Virus record (IMG/VR): IMGVR_UViG_3300025889_000070
DNA: 64,000 nucleotides
Source: a virus
Taxonomy: Duplodnaviria > Caudoviricetes
Strand: one strand, 5' to 3'
Below are positions 1-10,835 of the stretch, piece after piece (the first letter of the stretch is position 1; every line of letters starts with the position of its first letter). A model generated the notes under the pieces. The model was given only the letters and a program-made list of their open reading frames with translations, was not told the DNA's origin and searched no databases. The position numbers and the translations under genes were made by a program.

Positions 1-1509
1 GAAAGGAACATTAGCACTCTTTTGAAAACTTTCCGGCGTAACTAAATCATCCACAGCAACCAGTTTAATGCTGGACCCAACACCTTCTACATAAAATTCT
101 TTATTTTGAAAGTTAACAGGTGTTACCGTTGTATCAAAGTTTACTTTTAATCCATTTGTAAAATTAACACCGTTGGGACTCGTGTATGTTTTTTTACCCA
201 GTACATCATTACTAATATCAATAACACTATTACTGCCCTGATCTACTAGTATAATTTTACCGTTACGGTCAGCATCCCTGCCGTCCTGATAAAAAAGTTC
301 GTTCTGACTAGCAGTAATATTAGGAATAAGTCTTAAAAATCCTTCTGGATCTTTATAAAATTCTCTGCTGCCGTACTGTATACCTTGACTAACATATACT
401 TTATTCCCCTGCGTAATATTCTGAATAAAAGCAAGTTTAATAGTACTAACACCATCAACATTTTCAATATTAATCCGGAATACACTGTAACGTTCTGCTT
501 GATTCAGGGCTGTTACTGGGTCAAAGGTACCCTCACTGCCTTCTGTTGAACCACTGTCATAACCATGGGCATCAAAAAGTGCACCCTGATTCCAACGATT
601 CTCATCAAGTGTATCATTAATCATAATGATGTCTAAGCCGTCTATTTCAGTAAGTCCATCTATTCCGGTTGTATATTGTGCTAAAAATGCACTTAGTGTT
701 TGATTGTGTAATTCACTGTAGGTTAAGGCTGTAGCCAAATCAACCACATAATCAGTTGTCATATTTGTAAACTGACTCTGGTCCTCAGCCTGGGGTACTC
801 TAAAAGTTATAATACCAGCATCTTCACCATTGTTTATTACACCAGCAACTTCTCGTGTACTGATATTTTGTTGTTGGCTGTCTATTCCTGACAAGCCACG
901 TTCTGTTTGAATCCAAAAAGGAATTCCTACTTGGTCTACTTTAAAAGTATATTCGCCACCTCTAGCAAGGTAAAGAGTAGGATTAATACTAGCAGTAGCA
1001 CTGTCAAATCTGTATAAAGTTTCGCTTGCTGATCTAAGAACCGTATAATCTCGAGTAGCGTCTACAGTACCAGCAAAAACCTGAACTGGATCTGGGCCAG
1101 CTGGTAACCAAAAATATTCACCATAGTTAATAAGTTTATCAAAATCAACAAAACTACTCCAGTTATAAAACTGTTGTCTATAAAGTAGGTCTTGATTATT
1201 TGTTTGTCCATTATTATAGTTGATAGTGTTAAGAGCATCTATAATACTGCTTACACTCTTAATATCGCCTGCAGCGTCCTGGTAAATAACACCTGGTTCT
1301 AGTTGATAATTTTGTCGCGTAGAATTTATTTCCTTGAGGTAATTATCCTTAGCAATAAAGTTTTCTGCATTTTTTCTGCCAATAAAACCACTAAACTTAG
1401 CTTTATTTTCTTCACTTATCAATTGGTCAAGCGTAGCATTTAGGAACTTAGTATTTTTACTAGTTCTGAATACCTCTGGTAAAAGTTGACTACTTTTTCT
1501 TACAGCCAT
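1..1509 (-). CDS. Large virion structural protein, probable baseplate component (5' part; runs off the window start)
   Basis: ATG at 1509 overlaps the TAA of the gp6-like gene (TAATG). The frame stays open to base 1: MAVRKSSQLLPEVFRTSKNTKFLNATLDQLISEE... Absent from the ORF track because no stop lies in the window. Product inferred from context. Confidence 0.75.
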   Translation of the reverse strand, partial: MAVRKSSQLLPEVFRTSKNTKFLNATLDQLISEENKAKFSGFIGRKNAENFIAKDNYLKEINSTRQNYQLEPGVIYQDAAGDIKSVSSIIDALNTINYNNGQTNNQDLLYRQQFYNWSSFVDFDKLINYGEYFWLPAGPDPVQVFAGTVDATRDYTVLRSASETLYRFDSATASINPTLYLARGGEYTFKVDQVGIPFWIQTERGLSGIDSQQQNISTREVAGVINNGEDAGIITFRVPQAEDQSQFTNMTTDYVVDLATALTYSELHNQTLSAFLAQYTTGIDGLTEIDGLDIIMINDTLDENRWNQGALFDAHGYDSGSTEGSEGTFDPVTALNQAERYSVFRINIENVDGVSTIKLAFIQNITQGNKVYVSQGIQYGSREFYKDPEGFLRLIPNITASQNELFYQDGRDADRNGKIILVDQGSNSVIDISNDVLGKKTYTSPNGVNFTNGLKVNFDTTVTPVNFQNKEFYVEGVGSSIKLVAVDDLVTPESFQKSANVPF

Positions 1510-4500
1510 TAGTAACTATAACCTCCACTGCCGGTAATTCTTGTAGTTGATCCGCCTATACTAATATTTTTAGTGGTTTCTACAACTGTGTTGGCGCTGC
1601 CTGTGGTTACACTTTCAATACGATTAATTTCTGCAGTGGAGTTGATAACTATCCCACTTGCTTGAATCTGCGCCGCAGTTATTACATCTATAATTTGTAC
1701 ATCATTTACTGTCGCTGCACTTATAAAAATTTCATCCCTACTACTAGCTATTTGATACAAACTACCAAATCCACTGGTACTATTTTTAGGAACAATAATA
1801 ACACTGAGTACATCTGGTGTTAATTTATTGTGCAAATAGGCACTTAATTCACTAAAATAAAAAGTATCACCAAAGTCCCAATTTGCTAGCGCAAAATAAT
1901 TATTAATCTCTTCCACAACTCTTGCTTTAATTTCGTTATCACTAACAAGTGTGGCGGTGTTTTTAACAATTTTAAAGTTTGCTTGTAATTCAGCGTCTGC
2001 CTTGGTGCCGAAAAGTGGTCTATAGTTGACGCCGTTAAAAATAATAGCGTCACTTACACTCTTGTAAGTTTCTAAACTACCATAACTGTCTCTTAGTTCA
2101 TTTGTACTAGGCTTTACTGGCTTTGTTACACTGCCAGTAATATCTGTTACATAATTACGATAATCAGTATCATATTGTTTTGTAAGCAGATATAAGTCAA
2201 TAATATTACTAGGCGCAGGATCAATACGTCTGTTATTGGGAGCATTATGAGTATACTGGAAAAGAATATTAGATCTACCAACTTTTGTCAAATACGCTGT
2301 AGATTCTGTTAGTACCTTTTCATTAGCACTGTTCACGCTCAAAATATAGAATTTACCAGTACTACTTGTATAGAAAATTTGCCCACTGCTATATGTATCT
2401 TTGACCGCAGTTACCGCGGTAAGAGTTGTGTAATAACTTTCAACACTGGAATCGAGTACAGGTTCTATTTTTGTGTAACCATAGTTGTCCAAATATGATT
2501 TATAAAATGCAACCTTTTTACTAGCATTAACATTTGGGCTTACTACTTTATCAAACACGTCAGGATCGTCAATAGCACCATCACTGTCCTGATCCGGAAA
2601 GGTTACCTTAATACGCTCTGTTAAAACATAACCATCAGTTTCAATGACTGTATCATCAATATTCATAACAAAGTCCTGAGCAAATGGTAAGTTACTGTCG
2701 GGCAAACTGTTTACTTTGAGCATAACAATTTTATCTCTGATAGTTTTGCCAGTTCTTGGATCAAAGATTTTTAAATCTTTGTCAAAATAGAATCGTGTTT
2801 CCAAATAACTTTCGAAAACATAATCTAACTGTCTATATTTTACAGTATACGTTTCCCCATCATTTGTAAGTAAAAAGTACCAACTAGCATCTCTGTTGTT
2901 GCCTGTGGTATCGCCGGCAAATTGTGTGCTGAAAGTTGTGGTTTGGTTTAAGTTAGTACTACTAATAATTGCCCAGGCTTGGGTGTCCTGATCATAACGT
3001 ATACCCAGTGTCTTATAATCGCCAATGTCTGCTATTAGGCTTTGTCTAACTGTGTTTGTCAAACTTGTATTCCAGGGAACAATTACAACTTCAAGTTTAG
3101 CAGTATCAGGCACAACTTCAGTAAGAGTAATCGGCCCAGTGCCATTGTCTAAGTTTCCTTTGCCTTGGTTTGTGCCATCATCTACTAGGTTACTGCAACT
3201 TGCCCACAGGTAAGTCCTTGTATTTAAATCACCAGAACTGCCAGCAACTAAATTATTGTTTACATCAAATACATAGCCACTGGGAGCAGTAAACTTTACT
3301 AAACTGCCCTCTTTAAAATATTTCATGTTACTACTAGTAAAGCCTGCTACCTGCTGCGGATTTCCACTACTATTTTTAAAATATCCGGTACAAACTCCTG
3401 TACCAATACTGCTTTGTTCCCAGGTAATACCAAGAGCACTCACATCAAGTCTTGGCTGCTTGTCCAAGAAGTAATGCTGCATGCTTTTGCCCTGTGTCAA
3501 GCGTTGTATTTGTGTTGTAATAACGTTATCAATGTCACTGTCAGTTATAAAATTAAATGTAAATGTTGGCAGTAAACTTTCTCTGTAAAATATTCCATCT
3601 TCCGCAAATATGTTGGTGCTGGAATATTTGCCAGTAGTATCTCTAACATCCAAATATCTACTTACACCACTGCTGGTGCGATTTACTGCTTTACTTTTTA
3701 CAACACTGTTAAAGCTGGTGTAGGGTAGAATCTGATAATCTTCGCCGGTGACCATCCGGTCCTGTGTGTAGTATTGTTGTTGTGCTCTTGCTTTAATGTC
3801 GTTTAAGTTTTCTCTGGCTACTGCATTAGCAACGGTTTGTTTTAAACTCATGTTAAGAGTTAGTGTTTCTACCTGTGTGCTATGACTCAAATAGGGCAAA
3901 GTAATAGTAACATTGTCCATGTCCTGAGGGCTAATTTTATAGGTAAATCCATTTCCAGTGCGGAAATAGCATCTGTAGTTACCCTGTGGAATATCTGAAA
4001 ATACACCATCACCAAACACAAGACTAATTCTATCACCACTACGGCTTTGTACATTGAATAGTGTCTTGATGTTTTTACTTAAACTATTAAAAATAACACT
4101 ATTACCACTGATAGCAGGAACTTTTGTCCATAAATCCTGCTCATTGCCATTGCTGTCTAGTTTATAAAGCCAAACATCATTGTTATCCACACCAGTAACA
4201 TCTATTTCTACCACTCTGTTTGGTAGTGCTTCATCAATATTAAAATCCACAGTTTGTAGATTTCCCTGTTTAAAGTAAAAGAAGTATCCTGTATTAACAC
4301 TGGAGAATCCACGGGCGTCGTTTTTGTATATTGTATTAATAGTACTGGTTGGTTTGGGTGGTATTTCGTACAAGAAGTCTGTGCCACTGAAGGTTCCATT
4401 TACAATCTCAAAATTAAATTGGCTGCCACCTACACTGTTAGTATAGTCAAAAATACTAACTGTATTAGGAATAGTGCTTAAATTATACTCTTCAATTTTT

Positions 4501-5045
4501 ATACCACCAACAGTGGTTCTCAAACTAGGAGCACCAAAACGCTGTGTTTTTACAGTAGCAGCATTCATTACAGTTGTAAACTGTTCTAGGAAATCTGAAT
4601 TAGTTTCATCTGCCCAGAAGATTTCAGTGTTGGCTAGATTATTTCCATTACTATCAAAAATATTTTCTGTTGTTTGTACACTGTCTACTTTTAGCATACC
4701 CCTAGCAATTTGACTACGCTTAGGTGTGTAATTTAACATCTTTGCTAATCTGAGAATACTATCTCTACGCTCAGCAGTTTCCAGGAAGTTTTCTCTAGCG
4801 TTTAAATCTGTTCTAAAACTAATGCTCTGAGCAATATAGGCAATAAGATCAATTAGTGCTACATATTCTGAACTTTCAATAAAGTCATTGAAATCTTCAG
4901 GGTAAAATTCCCTGAGATAATCCACCATTGACTTACGAATTGTTTGAAAGTCATAGCTTTGAAAGTCTATTTCTTTAAAACTTTCGTATACCTTTGTCCA
5001 GTCTTGTGTAGCAAATAAATTGCTTGATCTTGTTGTATGCGCCAT
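1509..5045 (-). CDS. gp6: Baseplate wedge subunit, T4 gp6-like (extended, 1178 aa)
   Basis: N-terminal DFQSYDFQTIRKSMVDYLR...DF.ESSEYVALIDLIAY...NARENFLETAERRDSILRLAKMLNYTPKR is typical of gp6; adjacent to gp25-like gene. Confidence 0.85.
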   Translation of the reverse strand: MAHTTRSSNLFATQDWTKVYESFKEIDFQSYDFQTIRKSMVDYLREFYPEDFNDFIESSEYVALIDLIAYIAQSISFRTDLNARENFLETAERRDSILRLAKMLNYTPKRSQIARGMLKVDSVQTTENIFDSNGNNLANTEIFWADETNSDFLEQFTTVMNAATVKTQRFGAPSLRTTVGGIKIEEYNLSTIPNTVSIFDYTNSVGGSQFNFEIVNGTFSGTDFLYEIPPKPTSTINTIYKNDARGFSSVNTGYFFYFKQGNLQTVDFNIDEALPNRVVEIDVTGVDNNDVWLYKLDSNGNEQDLWTKVPAISGNSVIFNSLSKNIKTLFNVQSRSGDRISLVFGDGVFSDIPQGNYRCYFRTGNGFTYKISPQDMDNVTITLPYLSHSTQVETLTLNMSLKQTVANAVARENLNDIKARAQQQYYTQDRMVTGEDYQILPYTSFNSVVKSKAVNRTSSGVSRYLDVRDTTGKYSSTNIFAEDGIFYRESLLPTFTFNFITDSDIDNVITTQIQRLTQGKSMQHYFLDKQPRLDVSALGITWEQSSIGTGVCTGYFKNSSGNPQQVAGFTSSNMKYFKEGSLVKFTAPSGYVFDVNNNLVAGSSGDLNTRTYLWASCSNLVDDGTNQGKGNLDNGTGPITLTEVVPDTAKLEVVIVPWNTSLTNTVRQSLIADIGDYKTLGIRYDQDTQAWAIISSTNLNQTTTFSTQFAGDTTGNNRDASWYFLLTNDGETYTVKYRQLDYVFESYLETRFYFDKDLKIFDPRTGKTIRDKIVMLKVNSLPDSNLPFAQDFVMNIDDTVIETDGYVLTERIKVTFPDQDSDGAIDDPDVFDKVVSPNVNASKKVAFYKSYLDNYGYTKIEPVLDSSVESYYTTLTAVTAVKDTYSSGQIFYTSSTGKFYILSVNSANEKVLTESTAYLTKVGRSNILFQYTHNAPNNRRIDPAPSNIIDLYLLTKQYDTDYRNYVTDITGSVTKPVKPSTNELRDSYGSLETYKSVSDAIIFNGVNYRPLFGTKADAELQANFKIVKNTATLVSDNEIKARVVEEINNYFALANWDFGDTFYFSELSAYLHNKLTPDVLSVIIVPKNSTSGFGSLYQIASSRDEIFISAATVNDVQIIDVITAAQIQASGIVINSTAEINRIESVTTGSANTVVETTKNISIGGSTTRITGSGGYSY

Positions 5046-5091
5046 ACCTGCTTACCTTTACTATATTTATTAGTATAATTATATGGGCATA

Positions 5092-5463
5092 TTAACTAAC
5101 AGTGCCATCTTGTCTATTAAAGTTTATTAACAGTGTTTCTACCTGGTTTGTTTGTACATATACTAACTCTAGTTCACACTGGATACCATTATTAAACTCA
5201 GTTAGTATTAGTTGTTTTAACCCTATTCTTGGATCTTGGTTAATAGTGGTTGTTACCTCTTCTATCAGTAAGTTTTTAACTTCTTCAGTAAGTGGTTCCA
5301 TGATTAAGTCAAGAATACTGCTACCATAAGCAGGATTGCCTACTTTTTCACCTTTACGGATAGCAAAACTATTTAAAAGGTCCCGATTAATTAACTCGGT
5401 ATCCGTTAGTCTAGGGCTAGAAAACTCGCCTTCTAGCGTACTAAATCCACGATATATACTCAT
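5092..5463 (-). CDS. gp25: Baseplate wedge protein, gp25/GPW-like
   Basis: 123 aa; DLLNSFAIRKGEKVGNPAYGSSILDLIMEPL...INQDPRI matches the gp25 family pattern; position between gp5-like and gp6-like genes. Confidence 0.85.
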   Translation of the reverse strand: MSIYRGFSTLEGEFSSPRLTDTELINRDLLNSFAIRKGEKVGNPAYGSSILDLIMEPLTEEVKNLLIEEVTTTINQDPRIGLKQLILTEFNNGIQCELELVYVQTNQVETLLINFNRQDGTVS

Positions 5464-5473
5464 TTTTTCCTCC

Positions 5474-6298
5474 CTAGAATTTAATCTTTCCTGATCTTAC
5501 CTGTCTATAAAATTCACGAACTACATCAGATCCAGTTAAACTACTTTCACTTTTAAATTTGTTTAGTGCAACCGCTCTGTCTTCTCGTCGGCCTGTTAAA
5601 TAAATTTGTGCATTACTTTGTCTATCTGCCGGCGACAGGCTGTAATCTACAGTGTGTTTTTTTACACTAATAGTATTAGATTCCACAGTATTTTTTTGAC
5701 TTTCCAGCAAATAATGTGTAAAAAAATCTGGAGACTTGTTAAATTTTCCCAGTGTGCCGGCTTGTGCTACTGTACTAAAACCCTTCTGAAACCAGGGAAT
5801 CATTTGACTTCTCATATCTGTATCGTTTACGGTTTGGTAAACGCCTAGAAGCGGTCTAGGATGAATTTCTTCTCCAGTCCTAAATTGTAATGTAGCTTTA
5901 GACCCAAAAGCCTTGGCTACAGTAATAAGCCCTGCAACATCAGATTCTGGGTCATTTGGCTGTATACCGCCATTTAAACTAAGTTCTTCATATAAGTCCC
6001 GCAACTCAACTGTGTTTAAATTTTCCTGAATTTCTTCGTTCGTATAAAAATCCATTCTACTTCTCATACCCAGCTTTCCAGTCCAAACTCTAGGATTTTT
6101 TAATTCACCATTAAACTGAGCATAAGGCTTAATAAATCCATTCTTCTTTAAGACACGAACGTTAGCGCCGTATTTTCCTATTGCTCTACTAAGTGGATGC
6201 TCAAATTTTAGATTACCCTTGCTTTCAATGAGATCTACAATAGCTGCTTTTATTACGTCTATAGTTTCTTCATGTAAAATTTCTATCGATACTGTCAT
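5474..6298 (-). CDS. Hypothetical baseplate-associated protein, possible lysozyme/transglycosylase-like fold
   Basis: Directly downstream of gp5-like gene; AIVDLIESKGN and IGKYG segments resemble the ES-G and GxYQ motifs of lysozyme-like folds. Motif similarity is weak. Confidence 0.4.
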   Translation of the reverse strand: MTVSIEILHEETIDVIKAAIVDLIESKGNLKFEHPLSRAIGKYGANVRVLKKNGFIKPYAQFNGELKNPRVWTGKLGMRSRMDFYTNEEIQENLNTVELRDLYEELSLNGGIQPNDPESDVAGLITVAKAFGSKATLQFRTGEEIHPRPLLGVYQTVNDTDMRSQMIPWFQKGFSTVAQAGTLGKFNKSPDFFTHYLLESQKNTVESNTISVKKHTVDYSLSPADRQSNAQIYLTGRREDRAVALNKFKSESSLTGSDVVREFYRQVRSGKIKF

Positions 6299-6312
6299 GT
6301 TTTTTTCCTGGA

Positions 6313-7920
6313 TTATGCTTCTAAAGTTGTGTCTACTAATTCCGTAACACTAGTGCCTGTAAACTTGTTGACTAGACCTTTAACAGCATCTAATCCTGAA
6401 CTTAGCACATTGATGCTTTGTTTTGGCTTTAGTACACTAAGTGAGCCACTATCCGGCACATCTGTAACACTAACTTGCTTTGATGATGTAGTCTGTGATA
6501 CACTGGCATGTTGGGCAAAGGGCTCATGAGTGGGTGCTCTATCCACTGTAGTTTTAATATTACCACCGCTTGTCCAGAACCCATTGCTGTCGGGTTTAGA
6601 ATCTGGCAATGATTTTAAGGGCACTGCATTTTGTTTTGCTGCTGGTCCAGCGCCACCATTAAGGGCAATACAACTTGCCTTTAGATCCATGTTACCACCT
6701 GCTTGTATACCAACAGTTGAACTACCAGACATAGCAAGAGCAGCGCCACTTTTGATATGCGCTCCCTTGCCACCGTAAAGCATTGTAGTTCCATCACTAT
6801 ACAAATTAGCTAGTGATTTTCCTTCTAGTGTAAGTGATCCGCCACTAACCATTTGTATTTGTTGCCCAGCATGAAACTTTATACTCTGATCAGCATGAAA
6901 ATTCATACTGCTACTTCTAAAGTTAATACTACGCTGACTAAAAACATCTAATTGTCCATTTTTGTCCATTTGTATCCAAGTAGAACCACTGCTATTACTA
7001 ATATAGATAACACCTTCTGTATCATGTAATAGTACTTGATGTCCTCCAGCACTACGTAAACGAACTAGATTATTATTTCCCTGAATGTCTCCGTCATCCA
7101 TTACAAAAGCATGGCCGTGTTTTCTTGCTATCTTTCCTTCTACTGCTCTAGCATCAGCTGATGATAAGTCTTCTCCAGCGTCAAGTTTATCTATAATGTC
7201 TTTTCTGTCTTTAAGATCGCGGCCACGCACATCTGTTTTTCTACCTTTTGTGCTAATACCAAAAACTTCGCTGGGTGTTTCCCGCATAGCATTACTAGTA
7301 GTTAACCCTCTAATCTCGTCCTGATCCAAACCCTGTGTTTTTAATTGTATGGCTTTATCAAAGTCTACACCACGTTGTATAGTGTTAAAATTTGTTAACT
7401 TTTCTACATCATTGTCTTTGTCATTAAATTCTAAACCAGGAGCCTTGGTGTGTCTAACAATTTTTTCCAAACCAGTTTTATTAAAATTACTGGTCATTGC
7501 AGCTTCAGGCAAAGTCTGCATCATATAGACGTCTGGTGCACAAGCAAACCAGTAACCGTCCTGGTTTCTACCTTCAGGAAAAAAACATAGTACTCTGGTG
7601 CCCACGTCAGGACATGGATAAACAATACCACCTGTATTTTTGACACTTTGTGCACTATTTCCGCTTCCTTGAACTTCTGTTCTGCTATAAAACGGACTAG
7701 CATACTTTACACTGCGCCACTGGCTTTTGTCATCTTCTCTAGATTTATCAGCAAAAGTAGGAACAAAAACCTGCAGGACACCCATAGCACTAGGGTGAGC
7801 ATTTGTTTTGACTACCCCAACTACTACACCGCGCTCTTCTCTTAAACCTTCAGATCGCGAAGTATTATGATCTTTGTCTCCGCCCTTTTTTCCTGATTGA
7901 AATGTTGAATCTATGCCCAT
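6313..7920 (-). CDS. gp5: Baseplate hub/central spike, gp5/VgrG-like (OB-fold plus beta-helix, no internal T4 lysozyme)
   Basis: GVVVGVVKTN...GVLQVFVP, PCPDVGTRVLCFF (OB-fold), RLRSAGGHQVLLHDT.G.IYI...SGSTWIQMD (gp5/VgrG), then 8-residue beta-strand repeats ending IALNG. Confidence 0.85.
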   Translation of the reverse strand: MGIDSTFQSGKKGGDKDHNTSRSEGLREERGVVVGVVKTNAHPSAMGVLQVFVPTFADKSREDDKSQWRSVKYASPFYSRTEVQGSGNSAQSVKNTGGIVYPCPDVGTRVLCFFPEGRNQDGYWFACAPDVYMMQTLPEAAMTSNFNKTGLEKIVRHTKAPGLEFNDKDNDVEKLTNFNTIQRGVDFDKAIQLKTQGLDQDEIRGLTTSNAMRETPSEVFGISTKGRKTDVRGRDLKDRKDIIDKLDAGEDLSSADARAVEGKIARKHGHAFVMDDGDIQGNNNLVRLRSAGGHQVLLHDTEGVIYISNSSGSTWIQMDKNGQLDVFSQRSINFRSSSMNFHADQSIKFHAGQQIQMVSGGSLTLEGKSLANLYSDGTTMLYGGKGAHIKSGAALAMSGSSTVGIQAGGNMDLKASCIALNGGAGPAAKQNAVPLKSLPDSKPDSNGFWTSGGNIKTTVDRAPTHEPFAQHASVSQTTSSKQVSVTDVPDSGSLSVLKPKQSINVLSSGLDAVKGLVNKFTGTSVTELVDTTLEA

Positions 7921-7921
7921 T

Positions 7922-10834
7922 CTATGCTTCCAATATATCTGTGTTATTTACTCTGTTAAATGTAATCACCGGTGCTTCCTCTGGTATTTCATCTCCAATG
8001 CCTTCTTCAAATTGGCCTTGATCTGTTCTATCTGCTTCTGCTTGTATTCTTTCTGCTTGTAAATTATTGGTAAAGTCTTGAGCAAGTTGAGACAATGAAG
8101 TTGCCCCAGATCTTGCAAGAGCAGCAAATGGATTTCTACCTGCGCTCATTATTTGGAACATTATATTACTAAATTGATCTACAGCATCCTGTCTTTCCTG
8201 ATTTTGAATACTGGTTGTACTTCTGCCAACTTTTCCATTTACTGGTTGCATCTTTTCTCTTAGCGCACTCAGAGTTTGTGTAAAAACCCCGCCACTAAAA
8301 TTACTGGTTGTTTGTGTAACTCTGTATACTCCGTTAAACTGGCTTGAAGAATATTTACTCTCAGTTGACAAATCCATAAGTCCAGTTACTGGATTATAGT
8401 CTGTTGGTGTTTTAAGATTAACCTGTATATAAGGTGGTGTCAAATCATAGTTAATAGTGCCGTCTGGCAAAAATGGTTCATTGTATACTTTGTTGTTATT
8501 TCCCTGTGGTTGAAACATAGCATCACCGGTTGGAAAAAATGCAGGGTCACCTAGTATATCCATTTCAATTTGCACAAGATCATAACCATCGTGCATAATT
8601 GTTCCAAAAAGATCTTTTTTGCGCTTTGCTGTAACTGATTCGTCATTAACAATGTTTTGATTCTGACTAGGCACATCTTTCATTTGAGTATGAACATCTT
8701 CAATGTTTTTAAGATCGCGATCTGGTGTTCCAGTACCCAGTGTTCTAGCTTGATAATAAGCTGTGTCAAAGTCTAATCTAAATGTTTGTACTTCTGTATT
8801 ATTTCCTGAAAAAATATAATCATAAATTTTGTGTACACCTTGGCCTTTGGGTTTAGTTTTAGCTGCCCAGGGAAAGTCCTGATAAAATTGGCCGTTTACA
8901 ATAACAGTATACTGTACATGAAACTTATATCTACTATCTTTGTCGTCCCAGCCTAAAAATTTAGTAATTTGTGGTATAATTTTAAACCAGCGTATTTTTT
9001 CCTTTTTTTCTTGATTTTGTGGCTCTTCATTAATATTAGAATCTAAATAGTTACTGGCTACAATTACATAGTTAATTAATGCAGTTATATTAGTACCATT
9101 GTTTATTTTGAACAAATTATTTTTTTTGTCTACTGTGACTTTACCCTTAACAGCGCCAGCTATAGTTTTATAGGCTTTTTGATTCGCTTGTGGAGTATTT
9201 AAAGCATCAAACTTTTCAGATTGTACTTTTGCATTGCCTATTTCCGGCGCAAATTTAAAACTTACTTCATCGGCAATTTTCGAAGTTGATGGAATAGTTT
9301 TTCCAGTCTTTTTATCTGTAGTTGGCTGTGTCTTCTTTTTGTAGAAATCATTCATTGCTGCCTGTAAAGTAGTATGAGGTTCTCCAAAAATGTTCTTTGT
9401 CGTTGTAACAGTTCGAAATTGTTCGTCTTCAATGTCGCCATCGCCTAGCTCGCCAGTACCGGCGACTACTCTTTTAGATTCAGTTACAGTTTTATCTTCT
9501 ATACTAGCAGCACCCTGGAACACATCTTTTACTGTGCCAGCACTTACTTGTACGTTTACAGGAATAGTGCTGCTAATACTGCTAAACACACTGTGGTTGA
9601 AAGGTAGTGCTGAACATTTATACACTGCGCCACTCTCTGTAACACTAAATGTAATATCATTAATTTTAATAGGAATATGTTTGGGCTTTATTGCACCAAT
9701 AATTTCTGCACCAGTATCATCATATCCTTTGAATGTTATCTTCAATACATAAGGAGTGCTGATATAGTTTTCATTTTCCTCTAACATGGTTTTAGCAGCA
9801 TCTTTTAATCTTTCAAGTAACGTTACGCCATTGGGTTCTGTTATTTGGAAAGTTAGCTCTGTAGCATTTGTGTTGACTGCTCTTGTGCTAGGCGCGGTGG
9901 CTAGATTGTTTAATTTAAGGTTATCAATAAAAAAATCTACATCAAACTGCTCTGGTCCGTCGGAGGCTATTCCTCCACTTCTAACAATAGGCACGCTAAA
10001 GTTGCTTAATATTCTATTAACATCACCAGGCGCTTGAAGTAGATCTACATAGCGCCTGGGACTTAACATTAATAATTCAAAGTTATATGTGTAACTTGCA
10101 AAATCACTAAGTTGATTTGTCTGTGGATTTATTTCAATATTTTCAATATCTGCTGTTAGTTCTGCCCCAGTAGTCCCTGATCTTATGTCTTTAGTGTTTC
10201 CCTGTGCTTGTGTAACTACAGGAGCGGTCGTAGATGCTGCCACTTTAGGATCCGGGGATCCGGAAACCGTGCCAGGTGTTACAGACTCCGCAGCTTCTCC
10301 TGAACTTGTTCCTGCTCCTGGTTCAATATCTCCAAAATCAAAATCACTATCTTCAGCATCGCTGCCTCCTGCTCCAGGATCTCTGCCTTGAACTCTAGCA
10401 CTTTCTTCGGCGCTTAAATCACCACCTGGAGTAGTTGTTGCTGGTCTGTCTTGTTGATTATCAGGAGTTATTACGTCTGAATCAGGCTGCGGGGCAGGAG
10501 GAGTACTACTACTTACTGCCGCTTCTCCTCTATGTGGCCAATCCTCAGATATAGCAAAGGTACCAAAACTAACCGCATCTGTACGCAAGGCTGAAGTAAT
10601 TGCCGGCAGTTGACTAGCGATTGATGTTTTAAGATTTATAGATAACTGAGCATTAATAAAAGCACCATTTGGATTAGGGGTACCATCTTCATCAACAAGA
10701 GTTTCACTCCTGCGCCTAGTAAGTTCACTCTCAGCAAAATTAAGTTGACGGTTTGCTTCTTGATTGGCCAGGGAAGGATTACCCTGAACATCAGCTGCTT
10801 CTAAAAATCGTTGTCCGTTTACTATTACAGCCAT
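7922..10834 (-). CDS. Baseplate hub protein (gp27/VgrG-head-like) with low-complexity N-terminal extension
   Basis: 970 aa, upstream of gp5-like gene; C-terminal MDILGDP...FNGVYRVTQTTSNFSGGVFTQTL resembles late-control-D/gp27-type hubs. Confidence 0.6.
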   Translation of the reverse strand: MAVIVNGQRFLEAADVQGNPSLANQEANRQLNFAESELTRRRSETLVDEDGTPNPNGAFINAQLSINLKTSIASQLPAITSALRTDAVSFGTFAISEDWPHRGEAAVSSSTPPAPQPDSDVITPDNQQDRPATTTPGGDLSAEESARVQGRDPGAGGSDAEDSDFDFGDIEPGAGTSSGEAAESVTPGTVSGSPDPKVAASTTAPVVTQAQGNTKDIRSGTTGAELTADIENIEINPQTNQLSDFASYTYNFELLMLSPRRYVDLLQAPGDVNRILSNFSVPIVRSGGIASDGPEQFDVDFFIDNLKLNNLATAPSTRAVNTNATELTFQITEPNGVTLLERLKDAAKTMLEENENYISTPYVLKITFKGYDDTGAEIIGAIKPKHIPIKINDITFSVTESGAVYKCSALPFNHSVFSSISSTIPVNVQVSAGTVKDVFQGAASIEDKTVTESKRVVAGTGELGDGDIEDEQFRTVTTTKNIFGEPHTTLQAAMNDFYKKKTQPTTDKKTGKTIPSTSKIADEVSFKFAPEIGNAKVQSEKFDALNTPQANQKAYKTIAGAVKGKVTVDKKNNLFKINNGTNITALINYVIVASNYLDSNINEEPQNQEKKEKIRWFKIIPQITKFLGWDDKDSRYKFHVQYTVIVNGQFYQDFPWAAKTKPKGQGVHKIYDYIFSGNNTEVQTFRLDFDTAYYQARTLGTGTPDRDLKNIEDVHTQMKDVPSQNQNIVNDESVTAKRKKDLFGTIMHDGYDLVQIEMDILGDPAFFPTGDAMFQPQGNNNKVYNEPFLPDGTINYDLTPPYIQVNLKTPTDYNPVTGLMDLSTESKYSSSQFNGVYRVTQTTSNFSGGVFTQTLSALREKMQPVNGKVGRSTTSIQNQERQDAVDQFSNIMFQIMSAGRNPFAALARSGATSLSQLAQDFTNNLQAERIQAEADRTDQGQFEEGIGDEIPEEAPVITFNRVNNTDILEA

Positions 10835-10835
10835 G

